DNA from: an uncultured Gemmatimonadales bacterium | GTDB taxonomy: Bacteria; Gemmatimonadota; Gemmatimonadetes; Longimicrobiales; Gaopeijiaceae | Assembly: GCA_963809895.1 (NCBI GenBank) | Contig: CAWELD010000003.1 | Location: 3,456,001 to 3,520,000, forward strand | Length of the DNA: 64,000 nucleotides | Direction of reading: 5' to 3' | Shown here: piece after piece, positions 18,538 to 27,971 of the stretch | Numbering within the stretch: position 1 is the first letter of the stretch | How the letters are laid out: every line of letters begins with the position of its first letter | Position numbers and translations under genes: made by a program | Notes under the pieces: generated by a model | Database searches by the model: none | What the model was told of the DNA's origin: nothing | The model's input: only the letters and a program-made list of their open reading frames with translations

Positions 18538-18558
18538 AACGCTCTCTCTTGCCGCCGC

Positions 18559-18885
18559 CTACAGCTGGAAGCCCGGCAGCACGTGGTAGATCACCACCAG
18601 GGCGCTCACCATGAACATGGCCAGCACCAGTCCGGCCAGAAACACGCCGGAGAAGATCTTGGAATCGAACCTGAGGTGCATGAAGAACATGACCACCAGA
18701 ATGAACTTTGCCGCCGACAGCGTGAGGAGCACCGGCACCTCCAGGGCGCCGAAGTCCATGTAGTAGACCGCCACCTCCATCCCGGTGATCACGGCCAGGA
18801 TGATGCCGATCATCCAGTAGAACCCGGGCGACGCGTGACCGCCGTGCTCCTCGCCGTGTCCGTGCTGCTCCACCTGACTCGACAT
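18559..18885 (-). CDS. ctaF: Cytochrome c oxidase subunit IV family protein
   Basis: His-rich N-terminus, LAVITGMEV, LSAAKFILVVMFFMHLRFD; last gene of the cox operon. Confidence 0.85.
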   Translation of the reverse strand: MSSQVEQHGHGEEHGGHASPGFYWMIGIILAVITGMEVAVYYMDFGALEVPVLLTLSAAKFILVVMFFMHLRFDSKIFSGVFLAGLVLAMFMVSALVVIYHVLPGFQL

Positions 18886-18898
18886 GGTTCCTCCGCTC

Positions 18899-19501
18899 CT
18901 ACTGGATGAGATAGACCAGCACGAAGATCACGATCCAGACGATGTCCACGAAGTGCCAGTACAGCCCCGCGATCTCGACGTTCAGCGCCTTGGCGGGCGG
19001 CAGCTTACCGCGGAGAGCCATGATCAGCAGCGTGGTCATCCAGATCACGCCCACGGTCACATGGGCGCCGTGGAAGCCCGTGAGGACGAAGAAGGACGAT
19101 CCGAAGAGGTTCTCGGGAATCGTCAGCCCCTCGCGCACGAAGTGGGTGAACTCGTAGGCCTGGAAGCCCAGGAAGACGCCACCCAACACGATGACCATGG
19201 ACAGCCAGAACACGGCCAGCTTCTTCACGCCCTTCTGCACCCCGTCCAGCGCCAGCACCATGGCCAACGAGCTCATGAGGAGCACGAAGGTGCTGATGGT
19301 GGTGAGCGGGATGTTGAGGATCTCGTGGGTCGTGGGTCCCGTGACGCTCTGTCCCTTGTAGACCATGTAGGTCGAGATGAGCGTGCCGAAGAAGAGGCAT
19401 TCGGACCCGATGAAGGTCCAGAACCCGACCTTCCAGGAGTTCAGCCCGGTGGACGTGTAGTGGTGGTCGTCGTGCGCCACCGCTGCAGCAGCTTCAGCCA
19501 T
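18899..19501 (-). CDS. ctaE: Cytochrome c oxidase subunit III
   Basis: FIGSECLFFG, LTGFHGAHV, GLYWHFVDIVWI. Confidence 0.95.
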   Translation of the reverse strand: MAEAAAAVAHDDHHYTSTGLNSWKVGFWTFIGSECLFFGTLISTYMVYKGQSVTGPTTHEILNIPLTTISTFVLLMSSLAMVLALDGVQKGVKKLAVFWLSMVIVLGGVFLGFQAYEFTHFVREGLTIPENLFGSSFFVLTGFHGAHVTVGVIWMTTLLIMALRGKLPPAKALNVEIAGLYWHFVDIVWIVIFVLVYLIQ

Positions 19502-19557
19502 CTTTCTCCGGTCCGTTCATGCGTCGTGGGAGGGGAACGTCGTGGGCGGGGGCGCCG

Positions 19558-21405
19558 TCAGTGCCCGCCGGCCTTCGCGAAGGGATCCTGGAAGGCCCAC
19601 ATGTAGACCCCGAATCCGGTGAAGGCGAGACCGATGAGGGGCACCCACCAGATGCCGGTCATGACCAGGGCCCAGGTGAGCGCCACCCCGATACCCACCA
19701 CCAGCGGCCAGAACGAGTTGTTGGGCATCACGGGCTCCACCTCGGGCTCCACCAACGTCACCGCCTCGATGGACTTGCGCTCGTCTTCGTGCCACATGGG
19801 CTCGCGAGAGCGCACCTCGGGGAGCTTCGGGAAGTTGTAGTGATGCGGAGGAGACGGAATCGACCACTCGAGCGTTCCGGCGCCCCAGGGGTTGGCTCCG
19901 GCCGGTTTCCCGCTTCGCGCGCTCCGGATGACGTTGTAGAGCATCAGGAGCGTGCTCAGCGCCAGGATGAAGGCGCCGATGGTGGAGAGCTGGTTGAAGA
20001 TCTCCACGTTCAGATCGGCCCGATACGTCCAGGTGCGGCGGGGCATCCCGTACATCCCCGAGAAGTGCATGGGGAAGAAGGTCAGGTTGAAGCCGATGAG
20101 CGTGGTCCAGAAGTGGACCTTGCCCAGAGACTCGCTCATCATCCGGCCCGTGACCTTGGGGAACCAGTAGTACAGGCCGCTGAACATCCCCAGCAGGATC
20201 CCGCCCACGATCACGTAGTGGAAATGGGCCACCACGAAGTAGGAGTCGTGCTGCTGGAGATCCACCGGCGCCGAGGCGTGCATGACGCCGGACAGGCCGC
20301 CCACCGTGAACATGGCCACCAGACCCACCGCGAACAGCATGGCCGTGGTGTAGCGGATGGACCCGCCCCACATGGTGGCCATCCAGTTGAAGATCTTCAC
20401 CCCCGTGGGGATGGCGATGATCATGGTGGTGGCCACGAAGAAGGAGTCGGCGATGGGGCCGAGTCCCGCCGTGAACATGTGATGGCTCCACACGCCCCAG
20501 CCGATGAAGCCGATGAGCACGCCGGCGTAGACCACCACGGGATACCCGAAGAGTGGCTTGCGCGAGAAGGCGGGGATCACGTCCGAGATGACCCCGAAGG
20601 CGGGCAGCACCAGGATGTAGACTTCGGGGTGGCCGAAGATCCAGAACAGGTGCTGCCACAGCACCGGATCACCGCCGGCGGCGGCCTCGAAGAACTTGGC
20701 GGCGAAGAAGCGGTCGAAGGCCAGCAGAATGAGCGCCACCGCGATCACGGGCAGGGCCGTCACCAGGAGGAAGCTGGTCACCAGCGTCATCCAGGTGAAC
20801 AGGGGCATGCGCATGAGCTTCATGCCCGGAGCCCGCAGGTTCAGGATGGTGGTGATGAAGTTCACGCCACCCATGATCGAGCTCACGCCCAGGATCGAGA
20901 GGCCGATCACCCAGAAGTCCACGTGATGGCCCGGCGAGTAGGTCAGCGAGGTGAGGCTGGAATACCCGACCCAGCTCGTGTTGGGCGCATCGCCGAAGAA
21001 CCAGCTCGAGTTGAGGTAGAGCCCCCCGAACAGGTAGACCCAGTACGACAGCGCGTTCAGGCGCGGAAAGGCGACGTCACGGGCGCCGATCTGGAGCGGC
21101 ACGATGTAGTTGAAGAACGCCACCGCCATGGGCATGGCCACCAGGAAGATCATGGTGGTGCCGTGCATGGTGAACAGCTCGTTGTACGTCTGGGCCGAGA
21201 TGAAGTTGTTCTCGGGACGGAAGAGCTGGATGCGGATCATGAGCGCCTCGAGTCCTCCCACGAACAGGAAGAACACCGAGGTCAGGAAGTACATGACGCC
21301 GATCCGCTTGTGATCGACGGTCGTGATCCAGCTCCAGAGCCCGGTCTGCTCGTGATGGTGAGCGGCCTGGGCCGTGGGAGCGGCGGTGGTGCTGGCTACG
21401 GACAT
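19558..21405 (-). CDS. ctaD: Cytochrome c oxidase subunit I (A1 type)
   Basis: TVDHKRIG, TMHGTTMIF, GARDVAFPRLN (D-channel), FGHPEVY, WSHHMF, IPTGVKIF (K-channel), VVAHFHYV, GMPRR. Confidence 0.97.
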   Translation of the reverse strand: MSVASTTAAPTAQAAHHHEQTGLWSWITTVDHKRIGVMYFLTSVFFLFVGGLEALMIRIQLFRPENNFISAQTYNELFTMHGTTMIFLVAMPMAVAFFNYIVPLQIGARDVAFPRLNALSYWVYLFGGLYLNSSWFFGDAPNTSWVGYSSLTSLTYSPGHHVDFWVIGLSILGVSSIMGGVNFITTILNLRAPGMKLMRMPLFTWMTLVTSFLLVTALPVIAVALILLAFDRFFAAKFFEAAAGGDPVLWQHLFWIFGHPEVYILVLPAFGVISDVIPAFSRKPLFGYPVVVYAGVLIGFIGWGVWSHHMFTAGLGPIADSFFVATTMIIAIPTGVKIFNWMATMWGGSIRYTTAMLFAVGLVAMFTVGGLSGVMHASAPVDLQQHDSYFVVAHFHYVIVGGILLGMFSGLYYWFPKVTGRMMSESLGKVHFWTTLIGFNLTFFPMHFSGMYGMPRRTWTYRADLNVEIFNQLSTIGAFILALSTLLMLYNVIRSARSGKPAGANPWGAGTLEWSIPSPPHHYNFPKLPEVRSREPMWHEDERKSIEAVTLVEPEVEPVMPNNSFWPLVVGIGVALTWALVMTGIWWVPLIGLAFTGFGVYMWAFQDPFAKAGGH

Positions 21406-21421
21406 GTGGCTCTGATCCCCG

Positions 21422-22594
21422 TTACCTGAGGCTGGACAAGTAGGCCGCGACGGCATGGATCTGATCGTCGCTCAGGCCCGTCGCGGGCCAGTACTGGGGC
21501 TGGGGCGAGTCCCGGTCCACCCCGGGCATGAGCACGCCGGGCTTGACGAGCTGCGGGGCCCGGATCCATCGCTCCAGGTTCTCCGGAGTGTTCTCCAGCC
21601 AACCCGCGGCGATGGTGGACCGACGGCCCAGGAGCGTCAGGTTCGGCGCGAGGTTGCCCTGCGCGTTGGTGCCCCGGATGGAGTGGCAGGCGATGCAGGT
21701 CGAGGAGTGGAAGACCTCCCGGCCCTGATCGATCAACGCCTGCTGCGGGTCGGCGGGCGCGGCCGGGGCCGCGTCGTCCTGGTCCATGCCCTCGACGTCC
21801 GCCGACTCCTGGCCCTCATCCGAGGCGGACGCCTGCATGGCCTGCATGGTAGTCACCGTGTCGGCGCCCACCGCCAGCCAGTCATTGGTCCACGCCTGAA
21901 AATCCTGGGGACTCTCCACGATGACCCGGACGCCCATGAGCGAGTGCGAATCGCCACAGAACTCGGCGCACTGCCCCATGAAGGTGCCGGTCTCGTTGGC
22001 GGTGAAGTGGATCCAGTTGTACTTGGGATCCACGCCCTCCCTGGTGGCGACCAGGGGATTCGCGTCACGCTTGCCGCCGAGCTGAGGCACCCAGAACGAG
22101 TGGATGACGTCGGCGGAGTGCAGGCGCAGGCTGATGGGCTGCCCCACCGGAAGGTGGAGCTCGTTGGCGGTCACCACGCCGGAGTCCGGGTAGCGGAACT
22201 CCCACCAGAACTGATGACCGATGACGTCCACGATCATGGCATCGGGGGACTCGGTCTGCTGCGTGCGGAAGACCGCCTGGATCGTGGGGATCGCGATGGC
22301 CACCACGATGAGGGCGGGCACGATGGTCCAGCCGATCTCCAGCCCCAGATGCCCGTGCACCTGCTTGGGTCGGGGCGAGTCCGGCTTCTCCCGGAACCGC
22401 ACCAGGATGTAGGCCAGGACGATCCAGACCACCGCCAGGATGAGCATCGTCCACCAGAAGACGCTCACGTACAGGCCGTGGATGATCTCGGCGAAGTCCG
22501 TCGTCGGGCGCAGGGAGGACTGTGGGTAGTCCGTCGCACACGCCGACAACAACGACAGGGCGAGCGCGCCCCCGATGGATCTGGCTGACTTCAT
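21422..22594 (-). CDS. ctaC: Cytochrome c oxidase subunit II with fused cytochrome c (caa3 type)
   Basis: Lipobox LLSAC, LEIGWT, QFWWEF, DVIHSFWVP, CAEFCGDSHSLM (CuA), C-terminal CIACH...LMP. Confidence 0.95.
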   Translation of the reverse strand: MKSARSIGGALALSLLSACATDYPQSSLRPTTDFAEIIHGLYVSVFWWTMLILAVVWIVLAYILVRFREKPDSPRPKQVHGHLGLEIGWTIVPALIVVAIAIPTIQAVFRTQQTESPDAMIVDVIGHQFWWEFRYPDSGVVTANELHLPVGQPISLRLHSADVIHSFWVPQLGGKRDANPLVATREGVDPKYNWIHFTANETGTFMGQCAEFCGDSHSLMGVRVIVESPQDFQAWTNDWLAVGADTVTTMQAMQASASDEGQESADVEGMDQDDAAPAAPADPQQALIDQGREVFHSSTCIACHSIRGTNAQGNLAPNLTLLGRRSTIAAGWLENTPENLERWIRAPQLVKPGVLMPGVDRDSPQPQYWPATGLSDDQIHAVAAYLSSLR

Positions 22595-22620
22595 GGCAGG
22601 AGGGTCAGGAGGGGTCTGGT

Positions 22621-22902
22621 CTACGATTCGGCCGTTTCGTCCGCACCCGACATCCCGTCCAACTCGATGGCCTCGTCGACCAACATGATGGGGATGTCGT
22701 CGCGAACAGGGTAGAGGAGCTTGCCGTCCTCCCGCACCAGGGCCTCCTCGAGAGGCTGCTCCACGACGTCACCGGCACGCGTCCTGAGACGGCCGGCGGT
22801 CACCGCCTCGTTGACACGCGCCAGAAGGGCGTCGTCGGCGAGGTGGACCACCTGCTTGGTTTCGGGACAGACCAGGATGTCCAGGAGTTCCGAGTCGACC
22901 AT
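22621..22902 (-). CDS. Trm112/YcaR family protein
   Basis: MVDSELLDILVCPETK...LYPVRDDIPIMLVDEAI. Confidence 0.85.
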   Translation of the reverse strand: MVDSELLDILVCPETKQVVHLADDALLARVNEAVTAGRLRTRAGDVVEQPLEEALVREDGKLLYPVRDDIPIMLVDEAIELDGMSGADETAES

Positions 22903-22988
22903 GGAGTGGGCCTTCCTCCGTCGGCTCACGTTGCCTCCCAGGCCCCGGCGCACGCGGCCGGGCTGGGACTCAGGCTATGAAGCTGATT

Positions 22989-22997
22989 AAACTAGCA
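22989..22997 (-). promoter_or_regulatory. Possible extended -10 promoter for the Trm112-cox operon
   Basis: Minus strand TGCTAGTTT (TGnTAnnnT) in an AT-rich patch of the divergent intergenic gap. Confidence 0.3.
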
Positions 22998-23076
22998 AGA
23001 TGATCCCGGGTTGGCGAGGGACCTGGCGTACCACCCGCAAACCCACGGAAATGGCGCTCGCACGCGCGGATGGACC

Positions 23077-23628
23077 ATGCAATCGACCGCAAAGAACACG
23101 CACCCGACCGCTCTCGCACGTTCCCTCACGACGGCTGCCCTCGTAGCCCTGGCCGCGGCGTGCGGATCCCAGGGCGCCGAGGGCTCGCCGGCCCGGGGCG
23201 GCCCCGACGGCCAGGCACGGGAATCGGGCACCGCCCCGAATGGTCCCGCCAGTCCCGTCCCGACCCAGGGCCGTGCCTGGGTCGTGTTCGGCGCCGATAC
23301 GGTCCAGGCCGAGGTGGCCCGCACGGCCGAGGAGCGCGAGCAGGGCCTCATGTACCGCGACGAGCTCCCCGACGGCACCGGCATGCTCTTCGTGTTTCCC
23401 GAGGCCAGCGTGAGATCGTTCTGGATGCAGAACACCTACGTGGCGCTGGACATCGCCTACATGGACGCCGCTTTCACGGTCATCGACATCCAACAGATGG
23501 AGCCGCTGACCACCGATGCGCACGAAAGCGCGGGTCCGGCCATGTACGCCCTCGAGGTGCCCGAGGGGTGGCTCGCCGCCCACGGCGTCGAGGTGGGCGA
23601 TCAGGCCGAGGTGGTGTTCGGGGGATAG
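23077..23628 (+). CDS. DUF192 family protein, probable lipoprotein
   Basis: ALAAAC lipobox; EVARTAEEREQGLMYR, GMLFVF, FWMQNTYVALDIAY, YALEVPEG. Confidence 0.9.
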   Translation: MQSTAKNTHPTALARSLTTAALVALAAACGSQGAEGSPARGGPDGQARESGTAPNGPASPVPTQGRAWVVFGADTVQAEVARTAEEREQGLMYRDELPDGTGMLFVFPEASVRSFWMQNTYVALDIAYMDAAFTVIDIQQMEPLTTDAHESAGPAMYALEVPEGWLAAHGVEVGDQAEVVFGG

Positions 23629-23653
23629 CGGGCCGTCGCCTTCCCGGGCGCGC

Positions 23654-24817
23654 TCAGCCGGCGGCGTGCTCCAGCACCTCGGCCAGGGCCTCCACGTCCG
23701 CCGCTTCGTTGTACACGTGGGGGCTCACCCTGAGCGACGCGCCTCGCAGCGACGCGAACACCCCACGCGCCTTCAAGCGCGCCGCGAGATCCGCCAGGTC
23801 GATGCCCGGGGGCATGCGTAGACCGAACATGTGGGGGCTCCGCCAGGCGTCCATCTCCATCTGGAAGCCCGCGGCCTCCGCCCGCTCCAGGAGCGGCGCC
23901 GTCAGATCGCGCACGTAGGCCGTGATGCCTTCAGGCGTCCAGCGGTTCACGAGCTCCAGCGCCGCCAGCACGCCGGGCAGGAGGGTGAAGTTGGAGCGCT
24001 CGCCCACGTCGTAGCGCACCGCCGCGGGCTGGTACTCGTCCACGTAGTCCACCAGCCCCTGGAAGTCCTCGCTGCCGGCTCGGCCGATCCAGGTCTCCTC
24101 CAGCGGAACGCCGTCGTCGAAGCGCTCACCCAGCCAGGTCAGCGCCACCGAATAGGGTCCCAGGAGCCACTTGTAGCCCGCCACGGTGAGCGCGTCGGGT
24201 CGTACGCGCTGCACGTCGAAGGGCACGGCGCCCACCGACTGCGTGCCGTCCACCACCAGCGCCGCTCCCACGGCCCGGCAGCGCTCGGATACGGCCTCGA
24301 GATCGAAGCGCGTGCCGTCGGTCCAGTGCACGGTGGGCACGGCGACCACGGCCACATCGTCGCTGACCGCGTCCAGGAGGGCCTCGTTCCAGGCCGCACC
24401 CGGCCGGGCCGAGTTCGGGCGGGAGACCGTGCGCACTTCCCCGCCCTCCTCGGCGGCTCTGCGCCGCCACGCGTACACGTTGCCCGGAAACTGCTCCCCC
24501 ACGACCAGCACCGCCTGGCCCCGGTCCAACGGCAGGTTGCGGGCCGCGGTGGCCACGCCGTACGAGGCGGACGGGTGGATGGCGACCCGCATGGGATCGG
24601 CGGCGCCGACCAGCCGGGCGAAGGCCCGGCGCACCGCATCGGACTCGGTGAAGAAGTCGTCGGCGTGCAGGTCGATGGGAAGACGTTTGCGGCGGATTCC
24701 GGCGACGATGGCGTCCTCCACGGCCCGCGGAAGCGGAGCCATGTAGGCGCAGTTCAGGTAGTGGACGTCGTCGGGGACGCGGAAGGCGTCACGCTGGCAG
24801 GCGAGGGGCTCGTTCAT
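23654..24817 (-). CDS. Class V PLP-dependent aminotransferase-fold enzyme
   Basis: YLNCAYMAP, VVDGTQSVG, AGYKWLLGP (PLP Lys), LRVSPHVYN. Confidence 0.9.
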   Translation of the reverse strand: MNEPLACQRDAFRVPDDVHYLNCAYMAPLPRAVEDAIVAGIRRKRLPIDLHADDFFTESDAVRRAFARLVGAADPMRVAIHPSASYGVATAARNLPLDRGQAVLVVGEQFPGNVYAWRRRAAEEGGEVRTVSRPNSARPGAAWNEALLDAVSDDVAVVAVPTVHWTDGTRFDLEAVSERCRAVGAALVVDGTQSVGAVPFDVQRVRPDALTVAGYKWLLGPYSVALTWLGERFDDGVPLEETWIGRAGSEDFQGLVDYVDEYQPAAVRYDVGERSNFTLLPGVLAALELVNRWTPEGITAYVRDLTAPLLERAEAAGFQMEMDAWRSPHMFGLRMPPGIDLADLAARLKARGVFASLRGASLRVSPHVYNEAADVEALAEVLEHAAG

Positions 24818-24902
24818 GCCCCGATGTTCGGCACCCGCCGCCCGAGGGTCAACGCCGGGCGGGCGGCGCGGACACGCGCGCCGACGGCGAGCGAGGGCTT
24901 AG

Positions 24903-25203
24903 CAGGTCGCTGAAGAAGAGGAGCACCCCGCGTTGGGAGCGCCACGGCCCCTCATCCTAGGCGAAGTGACGAAGGCATAGCCAAAGCTACGTCGAGGCGC
25001 TTCAACGACGGAGGAGGGGCCGTGCCGCCCCAACCCACTGCCGTCCAAGTTCATAGGCCGCATATGGATGGGCGCATGGCGGTTCCGCGGTTGATCCATC
25101 GTCTCTCCTCCTCGCCGTAGCGCTGCTACGACTCGTCGTCGCTCCTTGCCTGAACGCGCGAAAGCGCCATGCGCGCGGGGTACTCCCCTTCTTCAGCGAC
25201 CTG
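24903..25203. mobile_element. 301-bp non-autonomous MITE with 30-bp terminal inverted repeats and TTAG target-site duplication
   Basis: Left end caggtcgctgaagaagaggagcaccccgcg; reverse complement of right end caggtcgctgaagaaggggagtaccccgcg (28/30 identical). TTAG at 24899-24902 and 25204-25207. No transposase ORF inside. Confidence 0.85.
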
Positions 25204-27960
25204 TTAGAGGCCCAGCCAGTAGTTGACCTTGATCATGAAGACGTTGTCGGCCGGCTGGTCCCAGAGCGCGGCCAGATCGCGGCCCACGTCGAAGTCTCCC
25301 ACGTAGGCCGTGCCGCGCTGGCGGCGCTGCCACACCAGGAAGATGGTCGAGCCCGGCCGGTACTCCCAGCGCAACACGGCGTTGCCCACCAGCGAGCGCA
25401 CGTTGAAGTCCCGGTCGCTGAAGGCGTAGTCGGTGACGCCGTCACCGTCGAGGTCCACGTGCTGCAGATCGGCCTGATCCTCGCGCGGCTCGGTGCAGAG
25501 CGTGCCGCCGGTGCAGGTGACGGCGTCGCCCATGGTGCCCAGCACGCCGGGCGTGAAGTCGACGAAGTCGTACGTACCCGCGGAGGACAGCTGCCGGTAG
25601 CGCACGTAGTCCCCGCTGGACAGGAGAGGCTGCGCGAACAACTGGAAGGTGAGCGTGGGCGAGAAGCTCATGTTCACCCGCGTCTCCATGGAGATGCTGG
25701 TGCGCTCCAGTTCGGCGAAGAGGTAACGTCGACCGAAGGTGGGCTCGAACGGAAGCGTCTCCGTGGAGGACACGTACTGGGCGCCGTCGGTCTGGGTGGA
25801 CCACTTGGGCTGCACCTGGATCTCCAGCCGCGGCGACGGGCGGAACTCGACCTGGCCCCCCACGCTGAAGTCGCGGCCCGAGCCCTGGAAGCCGGAGCGC
25901 AGGCTCACGTTGCCGCCCAGGGTCACCGACTTCCGGCGGTCCGAATTGAAGCGCAGGTTCCAGCGCACCGAGCCCGGATCCATCATCACCGGGCCACCCC
26001 GGGTCGCGCCGCGGCTGTAGGTGTCGGGACTCAGGGACACGTCGGCGTTGAGCCCCCAGTAGTTGATCAGCTCCGTGCGCGTGTTGAGGCTGACCCAACC
26101 CGAGGTGCGCGCCTTCCGCCACGAGTCCAGCGACCAGGCGTCGTCCAGCGCCTCGTGGCTCCAGTTCTGGAAGGCCGTGAGGTTGAGGCTGTAGTTCCGG
26201 AAGAGATCGCCGGGCGTGATCTCCCGGTAGCCGACCCGGAATCCCCCGTCCAGCCTCTCCGACGAGGTGGAATACCCCATGTCGTTGATCTCGAACCCCG
26301 GCGTCACCTCACCCAGCCAGACGCCGCCCGTCCAGTGCCGGCCGTTCTGCTTGTCCAGCTGCAGCCGCCACTCGGCGCCGGTGAGCGAGGTCGCCGTGGA
26401 GTCCACGCCCAGGCGCGTGGCGTCGGGTCGCTGGAAGTAGTGGTTGCTGGAACGCTGGATGCGAACGATGGCGGTGGAGTCGCCTCGGACGTGGCTCCCG
26501 GCGAAGAACCCGTGCAGGGACCAGGTGCGGTCGGACCACTGGTGCTCGAAGCTCACGCCGGCGCTGAACGCCGACGAGGTCAGGTAGTCGAAGCCTCCGT
26601 CCGCGGTCAGGTCGCGCCGCATGCCGGTGACGATGCCCCCGATCTGCGAGGCACCGCCGTTGAAGTCCTGCTGGACCCGCACCACGCCGTACTCGGCCTG
26701 CGGCTCCACCACGAAGTCCTCCAGGGCCTCACCGGGACCGAAGTAGGCCCGTCCCTTCTCCTGCTGGGTCACGGCGGTGAGCGCGCCGATGGAGAGTCCC
26801 CCCGAGGTGCGCCCGGTGACCTTGGCGGCACCGAGGATGGTGGCGGCGTCCGGAGCCTCGTCGAAGATGGAACCCGAGGGCGCCCCACCGTGGGGCGCCC
26901 GACCGACACGGCGCGAGTAGAAGAGCTTGTTGCGCATCCCGGACAGGGTGAAGTCCAGGATCTGCGCGTCCTCCACGAAGAACGGGCGACGCTCGTCCAG
27001 AAAGGTCTCCACGTCCGACAGATTGATGACCGCCGGATCCGACTCCACCTGCCCGAAGTCCGGGTTCAGGGTGGCATCGAGGGTGAACGCCGAGCCCAGG
27101 CCGAACCGCAGGTCGACACCGGCCCTGGCCGCGCCCGCCGAGCCGTCGAAGAAGGGATCTCCGTCCTCGGCGGGGCCCCGGTGCAGGCTGCTCAGCATGT
27201 AGGGCCGGGCCTCGATGCGTCTCGAGGCACCCCGAATGCGCACCCCGTTGAGCCGACCGAACTGGCTGACGCGGCCCTCCTGCAGACGCGACTTGAGGGC
27301 GAAGTAGGTGAGCTCGTTGGAGGCCACGCGGCGCCGCACGAAGTTGACGCCCCAGCTCTGGATGGAGTCGCCGGCCTCGTAGCGGATCTGCGACAGGGGG
27401 ATGCGGATCTCCGCCGTCCACCCCTCGTCGTCACGGGCCACGGCCGACTCCCATACGGCGTCCCACGCCTCGTCGGAGCGGCTGTCGTTGTACACGTACT
27501 CGTCGCGCTGCACGTTGGCCGCGCTCACCCGGAACAGATAGGCGGTGCGCTGATCCCGGTTCGGGTCGAGCTGCACCGAGAACCAGTCGTACTGGCCGTC
27601 TTCGTCGCGGCGCACCAACCGGTCGTTGATGTCGGCGGGATCCGAATCCAGCATGCGCGCACCCACGTAGAGGGCGTCGTCGCCGATCAGCACGCGCACC
27701 TCGGTGTCGTTCTCGGCGGGCTCTCCCTCCACCGGATCGCTCTGGATGAAGCCCTGGGCCACGGGGGCGCTGGCCCAGGCGCCGTCGTCGAGACGGCCGT
27801 CCACGTGGATGGCACCGTCCAGGGTGCCGGCCGTGAGGACGGGACGCGTCAGGAGGCCGGACGCGGAGCCGGAACCGCCGGCCGAGGCGTCCTGGGCGGC
27901 GGCCGGTGCCGTCGCCAGGGCGCTCAGGAGCGCCGCGAGGGCGAAATGACGTGCGTGCAT
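25204..27960 (-). CDS. CBM9-like + DUF5916 outer-membrane protein
   Basis: Signal peptide; IHVDGRLDDGAW, WDAVWES, WTAEIRIPLSQIRY, WGVNFVR; TLNPDFGQVESD, ERRPFFVE, LFYSRRVG; LRWEYRPGSTIFLVW; ends KVNYWLGL. Confidence 0.88.
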   Translation of the reverse strand: MHARHFALAALLSALATAPAAAQDASAGGSGSASGLLTRPVLTAGTLDGAIHVDGRLDDGAWASAPVAQGFIQSDPVEGEPAENDTEVRVLIGDDALYVGARMLDSDPADINDRLVRRDEDGQYDWFSVQLDPNRDQRTAYLFRVSAANVQRDEYVYNDSRSDEAWDAVWESAVARDDEGWTAEIRIPLSQIRYEAGDSIQSWGVNFVRRRVASNELTYFALKSRLQEGRVSQFGRLNGVRIRGASRRIEARPYMLSSLHRGPAEDGDPFFDGSAGAARAGVDLRFGLGSAFTLDATLNPDFGQVESDPAVINLSDVETFLDERRPFFVEDAQILDFTLSGMRNKLFYSRRVGRAPHGGAPSGSIFDEAPDAATILGAAKVTGRTSGGLSIGALTAVTQQEKGRAYFGPGEALEDFVVEPQAEYGVVRVQQDFNGGASQIGGIVTGMRRDLTADGGFDYLTSSAFSAGVSFEHQWSDRTWSLHGFFAGSHVRGDSTAIVRIQRSSNHYFQRPDATRLGVDSTATSLTGAEWRLQLDKQNGRHWTGGVWLGEVTPGFEINDMGYSTSSERLDGGFRVGYREITPGDLFRNYSLNLTAFQNWSHEALDDAWSLDSWRKARTSGWVSLNTRTELINYWGLNADVSLSPDTYSRGATRGGPVMMDPGSVRWNLRFNSDRRKSVTLGGNVSLRSGFQGSGRDFSVGGQVEFRPSPRLEIQVQPKWSTQTDGAQYVSSTETLPFEPTFGRRYLFAELERTSISMETRVNMSFSPTLTFQLFAQPLLSSGDYVRYRQLSSAGTYDFVDFTPGVLGTMGDAVTCTGGTLCTEPREDQADLQHVDLDGDGVTDYAFSDRDFNVRSLVGNAVLRWEYRPGSTIFLVWQRRQRGTAYVGDFDVGRDLAALWDQPADNVFMIKVNYWLGL

Positions 27961-27971
27961 GTTCCCTATGG

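Noticed and set aside
24903..25203. Riboswitch or 66-aa ORF (24899..25099) upstream of the PLP enzyme
   Set aside because: Terminal inverted repeats plus target duplication explain the region as a MITE; no known aptamer consensus was recognised.
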